A program made the translations under genes and the position numbers. Source: Halomicronema hongdechloris C2206 (GTDB lineage: Bacteria; Cyanobacteriota; Cyanobacteriia; Phormidesmidales; Phormidesmidaceae). From it: a stretch of 32,000 nucleotides of DNA. The DNA lies in assembly GCF_002075285.3 (NCBI RefSeq), contig NZ_CP021983.2, positions 2,850,001 to 2,882,000 of the forward strand. Reading direction: 5' to 3'. Below are positions 17,993 to 24,262 of the stretch, in pieces; position 1 is the first letter of the stretch, and each line of letters begins with the position of its first letter. Under the pieces are notes generated by a model that saw only the letters and a list, made by a program, of their open reading frames with translations, was not told the DNA's origin and did not search any database.

Positions 17993-18364
17993 TTAAACCG
18001 ATGGAATCTTGGCAATGCTGGCGGATTGCAACGCCTCTGGGAAGTGCTTCCAGGGAATGGTGCCGTCGTTGCTGGCAAGATAGTGCTCACCAAACTTAAG
18101 CAAGGCTTTAGCGCTTTCGGTGGCAGGAACCTGGGTGAAGAGGTAGGTAGCTTTGTCTGGGGCAGAGAAGGCCACAGCGCAGGGGCTAGAGCAGGTCCAG
18201 AGGCAGCCGACTTCGCGAATTTCTAAATCGGCTTGATGGGGCCAAGTTTGATGAAGGATTTGAAGTTGGTTGAGCAACTTCGTTCCGTCAGATGGATCTG
18301 AGGTGTGCTCTTGCTCGGATTTTGCGTTGCAGGATTTGCAGATAAATAAGATATGTTTGGACAT
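17993..18364 (-). CDS. DUF1636 family predicted metal-binding (Cys-rich) protein, intact copy
   Basis: MSKHILFICKSCNAKSE...REVGCLWTCSSPCAVAFSAPDKATYLFTQVP...IPWKHFPEALQSASIAKIPSV. It carries CxxC plus C-x3-C-x3-C. It starts 5 bp after the stop of the binding-protein remnant. Confidence 0.75.
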   Translation of the reverse strand: MSKHILFICKSCNAKSEQEHTSDPSDGTKLLNQLQILHQTWPHQADLEIREVGCLWTCSSPCAVAFSAPDKATYLFTQVPATESAKALLKFGEHYLASNDGTIPWKHFPEALQSASIAKIPSV

Positions 18365-18369
18365 AGATA

Positions 18370-18654
18370 TTACTGATCGTCTACTAGATACTTGAACAAA
18401 TCATCGATGACAGCATAAGCATCTAAGATGCTATCTCCCATCCAATAGGCCGGTACTTCATAAACATTACCCTCCTTCACTGCTTGAAGTTGTAGCCAGA
18501 GCGGATCTGTCTTAAGACTCTCCAAAAGTTTCTCTGTATCTTTGGCAAATTCCGAAGTATATCCCCAAGTCCAGACAAAGATAATGTCGGCATCAAAGTT
18601 TTGAAAAAGTGTGCCTCCGCAGGCTGAAACCAGTGCGATCGCAGACTTTGTAGG
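18370..18654 (-). pseudogene. Siderophore-binding lipoprotein remnant (internal deletion, 5' end lost)
   Basis: SAIALVSACGGT (lipobox) is joined directly to LFQNFDADIIFVWTWGYTSEF...DPLWLQLQAVKEGNVYEVPAYWMGDSILDAYAVIDDLFKYLVDDQ, so about 230 central residues are missing. The first 7 codons of the tracked ORF (18655-18675) are IS terminal sequence. Confidence 0.7.
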
Positions 18655-19886
18655 GCAGGGCCATTTCATTCTCAAGGGGACCTAAAGATGCTAGAGTTTC
18701 AGGCTAATCCCAATGGTCCTAGCGTCTATGCGTCTGCCCCCTACCCCTACTACCCTCGACTCGAGGCATGAGCCTGCTGTAGAGCGCATCGAGATCCTCG
18801 AAGCCTTCGTTGCCCTGCCAGATGTCCGTCAGGCCTCTGGCAAACGACATCAGATGGCCTTATGCCTGGCGCTCTTCACCCTGGCGGTGACGGCCGGTAA
18901 TCGTGGATTTCTGGCCATTGGCGACTGGCTCAAAAGCTACCGCAGCGAGTTGATTGACCTCTTCAACCCGCCCAAGGGCCGTCTTCCCTCCTACAGCACG
19001 ATTCGCCGGGTGCTGCTAAAGCTAGACTATGGACAGTATTCGGCGGCCTTGGCTCGGTTCTTTGGCATTGAACCGTTAGCCGGTGAAACCTTAGCGGTGG
19101 ATGGCAAAGTCTTACGCGGGTCGTATCAACTGGAGACTGACAATCCTGACTCTCCCCCTCATCCCGCCATTCTATTGGTCAGTGCTTATCTGGTGGAGCG
19201 GGGGTTGATTCTGGAGCCCTATCAGGTAGAGCACAAGACCAACGAAATCAAAGCCCTGCCCGAGTTCATTAAGCAACTGGCGCTGAAGGGGGTGGTGATA
19301 GCCTTTGATGCGATTAGCACCCAAAAAAAACTGTCAGCTCATCCTTGACACCGACAATCATTACTTGGGTGCCCTCAAAGGCAATCAGGGTAACTTGCAC
19401 AAAAGCGTTCAGGCCAACTTTATCGCTGAGGACAGCTACACCGAGGTCAGTAAAGGGCATGGGCGACTGGAGAAGCGGGTCGTTAGCCTATGCACCACCC
19501 TCGATAACATCAAGCCCTGGCCAGGGCTGAAGACGCTCATTCGAGTGGAGAGTGAGCGACACTTCAAGAAGGGCGGGCAGCCTCACTTAGAAACTGAGAC
19601 CCGCTACTATGTCGCCTCGTTTTTAGAATCAGCGGAATCCTTGGCTCGGCGCATTCGGGGCTATTGGGGCGTTGAAAATAAGGTACATCATATCCGGGAT
19701 GTGACCCAGGGAGAAGATGCTTCGCGCATTCGTATGCACCAGTTGCCGCAAATCTTCGCCGTCGCTCGAAACTTCGCGCTCAACCTCTATCGCTCCAACG
19801 AGTTCGCCAATATGGCTCAGGCTGAACGACTCTGCAAGTTTGGTCTAGATACCCTCAAGGCCATTTTTAGAATGAAATAGCCCTGC
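18655..19886 (+). mobile_element. ISAs1-family insertion sequence (1232 bp) with terminal inverted repeats and an 8-bp target duplication
   Basis: The left end GCAGGGCCATTTCATTCTCAA (18655-) matches the reverse complement of the right end, GCAGGGCTATTTCATTCTAAA (-19886), at 19 of 21 positions. TTTGTAGG occurs at 18647-18654 and at 19887-19894, directly abutting both ends. Confidence 0.8.
18713..19880 (+). pseudogene. ISAs1-family transposase, reading frame broken in an A8 run
   Basis: ORF 18713-19348 (H-repeat-type N-terminus ...LPDVRQASGKRHQMALCLALFTLAVTAGNRGFLAIGDW...AFDAISTQKK) continues in the +1 frame as NCQLILDTDNHYLGALKGNQGNL... (ORF 19305-19880). The junction is the A8 run at 19323-19330. 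Confidence 0.8.
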
Positions 19887-19889
19887 TTT

Positions 19890-19920
19890 GTAGGGTGCGT
19901 TGCTGAACAGCAAACGCACC
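19890..19920 (+). repeat. REP-like hairpin with 5' GTAG, left of the RAYT gene
   Basis: GTAG-GGTGCGTTGC-tgaaca-GCAAACGCACC forms a 10-bp stem with a 1-nt bulge. Confidence 0.65.
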
Positions 19921-19965
19921 ATTTTGTGGGGCATCCTAACATTAATCCTTGACCTGCCTTCTCTC

Positions 19966-20514
19966 ATGCCCGACTATCGAAGACCTGAAATTGCAGGTGG
20001 CACCTACTTCATCACCCAAGTCACCTATCAACGCCAGCCCTGGCTGTGTCGTGAAATTGGTCGTCATGCGCTACGGACAGCTATCAATCAGGTTAGAGGC
20101 ACTCGTCCTTTTGCGATTGATGCCTTTGTGCTGTTACCCGATCATTTCCACTGTCTTTGGACTTTACCTCAAAACGACAGCGATTTATCCACTCGTCTGC
20201 GTCTGATCAAAACTTATGTCACGAGGCATTATGGAACTCAGTTAGGACTTGATATAGACGTTTCAGATTCTCGCAGGAAGCGGAAGGAGCGCAATCTGTG
20301 GCAGCGTCGATTTTGGGAACATTTGATTCGAGACGACACGGATTTTGCTCAATATTGTGATTATATTCATTACAATCCAGTGCATCATCAGTTGTGCCAA
20401 GTGCCAACAGAATGGCAATTTTCAAGTGTGCATCGATTGATTATTGAAGGGATTTATCCGCCCAATTGGGGTGACTACCCAGTTGAGTTTGGGCTGGAGG
20501 GGCGATGGCAGTGA
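19966..20514 (+). CDS. REP-associated tyrosine transposase (RAYT, IS200/IS605-like Y1 HUH enzyme)
   Basis: MPDYRRPEIAGGTYFITQVTYQRQPWL...FVLLPDHFHCLW has its HUH motif at 20143-20151. Also present are RRFWEHLIRDDTDF and YIHYNPVHHQL (catalytic Tyr region). The ATG is at 19966. Confidence 0.85.
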   Translation: MPDYRRPEIAGGTYFITQVTYQRQPWLCREIGRHALRTAINQVRGTRPFAIDAFVLLPDHFHCLWTLPQNDSDLSTRLRLIKTYVTRHYGTQLGLDIDVSDSRRKRKERNLWQRRFWEHLIRDDTDFAQYCDYIHYNPVHHQLCQVPTEWQFSSVHRLIIEGIYPPNWGDYPVEFGLEGRWQ

Positions 20515-20515
20515 T

Positions 20516-20545
20516 GGTGCGTTTGCTTGTCGCAACGCACCCTAC
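20516..20545 (-). repeat. REP-like hairpin with GTAG, inverted copy to the right of the RAYT gene
   Basis: The plus strand reads GGTGCGTTTGC-ttgtc-GCAACGCACC-CTAC. Its reverse complement, GTAGGGTGCGTTGC...GCAAACGCACC, has arms identical to the left copy. Confidence 0.65.
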
Positions 20546-20571
20546 AAGATCCGCGATCGCACTAAATTAAA

Positions 20572-21623
20572 CCTTATCGGAAATTGAGCCGATAGAATCA
20601 ATATCAGGAGCATCGACCAGGGATATGCCATGAAAGTGACCTATGCCGAGTTGCGGAGCAAACCTCGCACCCTCTGCAGTTTGACTGGACTGAGAGGGTC
20701 CGAGTTTGAGGCACTGTTGCCGAGCTTCGGCGATGCCTGGGATGACTTTGTGCGAGAGACCTTTGAGCGCGCAGGGCGTAAACGAGCCGTGGGAGCGGGT
20801 CGTAAAGCGCACCTGAAGACGCTGGAAGATAAATTGCTGTTCATCCTGATGTACTTTCGCCTCTATCCCACTCAGGCGGTGCAAGGCTTTCTCTTTGGCA
20901 TGAGCCAGGCGCAAGCGAATCAATGGATTCACCGCCTCACGGGGGTGTTAAACCAGGCCCTCGGCTACCAGCAGCAACTGCCGGAGCGAGAACCGGCGAA
21001 GCTGGAGAGCATCCTCCAACCCTGTCCGAGTTTAGAGTTCATGATCGATGGCAGCGAACGTCGCATCAATCGCCCCAAAGATCAGACCGACCGCAAGACA
21101 TATTACAGCGGTAAGCGGCAGGCTCATAGCGTCAAGAACGTGGTGGTTCACGATCGTAAGGGCAAGGTGCACTATCTGAGTGACACCTATGAAGGCAAGA
21201 AGCACGACAAGGCGATCGCGGACGAGAAGGACTTACGATTCCCGGAGGGCAGTACGTTATGGCAGGATAGGGGGTTTCAAGGCTTTGCCCCAGCGGGGGT
21301 GACGATTCAGCCACCGAAGAAGAAACCCCGCAAGCGCTCTCTCAGTACGATTGAGAAGATGAATAACCAAAAACATTGCCAGCATTCGTGTGGAAGTCAA
21401 ACACCACATTGGAGGTATCAAACGGTGTCAAATTTTGGTGCAGCCGTTTCGCAATTGGGTCGACCATTACATCGATGACGTGATGGAAACGGCCTGCGGG
21501 TTACACAATTTCCGCTTGACTTATCGGAAAATGCAAAGTGACGCTTTAAGCCAAGCTGCTTAGTTTCCAAAGAATTGGGAGAGATGCTGACTCACAACAA
21601 TCTCTCCCCTATTTCCGATAAAG
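20572..21623 (+). mobile_element. IS5-family (DDE_Tnp_4 / HARBI1-like transposase) insertion sequence; ends approximate
   Basis: The short terminal inverted repeat TTATCGGAAAT (20574-20584) pairs with ATTTCCGATAA (21611-21621). A subterminal hairpin GGGAGAGAT...ATCTCTCCC lies at 21577-21608. I could not identify a target duplication confidently. Confidence 0.6.
20630..21563 (+). pseudogene. IS5-family transposase with a +1 frameshift
   Basis: ORF 20630-21478 reads normally to ...KKKPRKRSLSTIEKMNNQK and then becomes nonsense. The +1 frame from about 21375 reads IASIRVEVKHHIGGIKRCQILVQPFRNWVDHYIDDVMETACGLHNFRLTYR...*, the expected C-terminus (stop at 21561-21563). The break lies at the A5 run near 21369-21375. 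Confidence 0.8.
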
Positions 21624-21650
21624 TCTATTATTTCTTGAAGCAAAACGAAG

Positions 21651-21956
21651 ATGGCAAACCTTGTGCCTGCAGATATTGGGAATCAACAACTTCTTTGTTT
21701 TGTAAAAGTTTTTAAGAGTAATGTTAGAGCCATGTCTGAATATATACCTCAGGTTTATCCAAGTCAAATTTTCCTTTTCAGAGCCAGCGACGGCATCTCT
21801 AGAGAGTTTGATAGTCAAACCTTGGGTTGGGGAGAACTTTGTTGTGGACCATTAGAGATTTTAGATATTCCAGGTGATCATTACACAATGCTTCATCTAC
21901 CTCATGTTCAAGTACTAGCAGAAAGATTAATATATTGCCTTGGTCAAGTTAAATAA
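21651..21956 (+). pseudogene. C-terminal remnant of an NRPS/PKS-type thioesterase domain
   Basis: VKVFKSNVRAMSEYIPQVYPSQIFLFRASDG...TLGWGELCCGPLEILDIPGDHYTMLHLPHVQVLAERL matches the C-terminal third of type I thioesterase domains, including the GDH catalytic-His motif. It begins about 25 bp after the IS5 end, and no upstream synthetase is present. Confidence 0.7.
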
Positions 21957-22082
21957 AGGGCTCAAATGCGGAGGGAATCTGAAACTCGTTCACACTATAA
22001 TTATGGTCATATATCTGGAATGGAATTTATATTACGAGAATACGCAAGCCTCCTTGAACAGCTTTTTTGACCATGAGTACTT

Positions 22083-23090
22083 TTACACAACTTTATTCAA
22101 ACGACTGACTCGATACTGCTTCACCTCCCACAGTGGTTTATCCTTGCCTGAACTCCACATCGTTTTGACGGTGCCGCTAACCTCCACACGGGCTTCGTAA
22201 GTGCCCGATACCCTGCCTTCATGAGAATTGAAGTCAATACGAACCTCGGCCCAGTCGGGGTAATACTCGTCTGACTCATCCATAGCCAACACCTGACTCA
22301 CTTTGGCATAATGGAACCAGTTCCATCCCTCCTGCATCCACATTTCTCGCTCAGCAATTTGCTCGACCTGACTCAATCCAGCCCAACCCTGATAATAGTC
22401 ATAGAGGTCGGCAACTGGTCCACGGCGATACACCAACAGGTCTAATACCTCTAGCTCTAAGTGGCCCCAGTAACGTCCTTCTGGGAAGTCGACCAGAGTG
22501 GGAGCGAAGTTGTGGGGACCGAGATGAGTGCACCGCCAGACTCGCAATTTGCCTCCAGAATTCGCCGCGTGTTCAGAGCGGAGCTGGCGATATAGAGGAT
22601 AACCAAATCGTCCACAGGCAACATCGTAGCTCCCATGGGTACACAACATCATCTCCCGAATGTCTTCTGTTTCTTGGCGACTGCTCTCAAACTGAGGCAA
22701 TAAATCGGGTTGCTGGAGTAACGCCAGGACAACCGTAACTACTTGCTCGTCTGGAACGACAAACTCTTGTTTCTCAAACTGAACAAAGCCTTCTTCGGAA
22801 GGTCGCCGATAGTATAGTATGCGGGTATAGTTAGGCTGAGAGTATTGACAATCAGGTGCAATCGCCATTGCCCTCAAGCTGAGACCTTGCTCCTTCTTGA
22901 GCTGAGTGGCCAGATCGGCAATCGGTTGAAATTGGGGCTGAGCCTGCCAGAACTCTATGGGCCAGGGTTCTGGGACTTCAATAAATAGGAAGGCGTCGTA
23001 GTTTCCAGCAGATCCAATTGGATCTTCGCCGTTCGCTTTAGAAACTTCACAGCAGTAACAGAAATTAGTTAGAATCTCAGCTTTGGTCAT
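22083..23090 (-). CDS. Sucrase/ferredoxin-like (thioredoxin-like [2Fe-2S], Apd1/Aim32-type) protein
   Basis: 335 aa. CTHGSYDVAC is a C-X8-C motif (Cys codons at 22641-22643 and 22614-22616). CTHLGPHNFAPT is an H-X3-H motif (His codons at 22524-22526 and 22512-22514). An AGGAG Shine-Dalgarno lies upstream. The gene is co-directional with, and 93 bp downstream of, binding protein 3. Confidence 0.8.
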   Translation of the reverse strand: MTKAEILTNFCYCCEVSKANGEDPIGSAGNYDAFLFIEVPEPWPIEFWQAQPQFQPIADLATQLKKEQGLSLRAMAIAPDCQYSQPNYTRILYYRRPSEEGFVQFEKQEFVVPDEQVVTVVLALLQQPDLLPQFESSRQETEDIREMMLCTHGSYDVACGRFGYPLYRQLRSEHAANSGGKLRVWRCTHLGPHNFAPTLVDFPEGRYWGHLELEVLDLLVYRRGPVADLYDYYQGWAGLSQVEQIAEREMWMQEGWNWFHYAKVSQVLAMDESDEYYPDWAEVRIDFNSHEGRVSGTYEARVEVSGTVKTMWSSGKDKPLWEVKQYRVSRLNKVV

Positions 23091-23183
23091 AACTCCTTTT
23101 GAGTGATTAGTGATTGTTCATTAGATTGACTGTTAGTCAAGTGACTATGGGTAAAAAACAACAAACAACATTACATCCTTGAT

Positions 23184-24206
23184 CTATTCCTTTTCCCCAA
23201 CCAGGTACTTAAACAAGTCGTCGACAACAGCATTGGCAGCCAGTGGACCATCCCCAATCCAATAGCCTGGAACCTCGTAAACCTTACCTTGTTTCACCAC
23301 CGCTAGTTGCGACCAGAGCGGATCTGCTTTCAGCCTCTTCAAAGCACTGTTTGCTTGCTGAGCTTGCTCAGCATTATAGCCATAGGTCCACACAAACATG
23401 GCATCCCCATCTAGATCGTGGATTCGTTCCTTGCTGATGTCCTGTTGACCTCCCATCTGATTCTGGTATGCCGGACGAGATACCCCAGCATCTGCCAAGA
23501 TAGTTCCACAAAATGAGTCTTTGAGATAGACTACGATCTGATTTGGATAAATACGGACTATTGAAACCTCAAGCTGATTCAGGCGCTCGCCCATCTGATC
23601 TTTAAACGCTTCGAGTCGAGCATAGTAGTCAGTTATCATCTGCTTTGCCACGTCTATCCTATCCAGTGTCTCCGCATACTGCATAAGCCTTTCTTTCCAT
23701 TTATCACTATGTTCAAATGGGAAAATAACTGTTGGGGCAATTTTCGATAAAGTGTCATAATTTTCCTTAAGCCCATCTCGGTAGCTCAAGATAAAATCGG
23801 GCTTGAGTTGCAGAATCTTTTCTAGATTCGGGATATTCACACTACCAACATTTTCAATCCCCTTAGTTTTGTCCTTTAAATGGGGAAAATCAGCCTCTAA
23901 CTCGTCGCTACCGACTGGTTTTATACCCAAAGACAAGACGTAATCTAATCCTCCTAGAACAACGACTCGTTGTAGATTATTGGGAACGCACGTTTCCCCC
24001 ATCGCATGTTTAACAATATGGCAGTCCGATACTGGTAATGAGGGTTGATGGGAAGAAGAGTTTTGGGAAAACGTTCCACTGCAAGCTGAGATGAGAAGAA
24101 ACATAGCTATTGCTGACAAAACATGTCGCAGCCTTCCAGGAACATTACAACCATTTCCTGAAAGTATTTTTCTCAAATTGCCAATACTTGGTGTCTGATC
24201 AATCAT
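23184..24206 (-). CDS. Iron-siderophore ABC transporter substrate-binding lipoprotein, copy 3
   Basis: AIAMFLLISACSG (lipobox). The C-terminus is DPLWSQLAVVKQGKVYEVPGYWIGDGPLAANAVVDDLFKYLVGEKE. Confidence 0.9.
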   Translation of the reverse strand: MIDQTPSIGNLRKILSGNGCNVPGRLRHVLSAIAMFLLISACSGTFSQNSSSHQPSLPVSDCHIVKHAMGETCVPNNLQRVVVLGGLDYVLSLGIKPVGSDELEADFPHLKDKTKGIENVGSVNIPNLEKILQLKPDFILSYRDGLKENYDTLSKIAPTVIFPFEHSDKWKERLMQYAETLDRIDVAKQMITDYYARLEAFKDQMGERLNQLEVSIVRIYPNQIVVYLKDSFCGTILADAGVSRPAYQNQMGGQQDISKERIHDLDGDAMFVWTYGYNAEQAQQANSALKRLKADPLWSQLAVVKQGKVYEVPGYWIGDGPLAANAVVDDLFKYLVGEKE

Positions 24207-24262
24207 TCGTTAGTCCATCAACTTTTCATTTGCTCTTCACTTTACTTGGAACTAACGTCGGA

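Noticed and set aside
19323-19330. Programmed -1 ribosomal frameshifting on the A AAA AAA heptamer of the ISAs1 transposase.
   Set aside because: The downstream ORF lies in the +1 frame (18713 is frame 2, 19305 is frame 0), not the -1 frame. As far as I know, ISAs1 transposases are normally single ORFs. A homopolymer length change or transcriptional slippage is the more economical explanation.
20567-20932. A 121-aa ORF antisense to the 5' part of the IS5-family transposase.
   Set aside because: It overlaps a clearly homologous transposase ORF on the other strand and has no recognisable motif.
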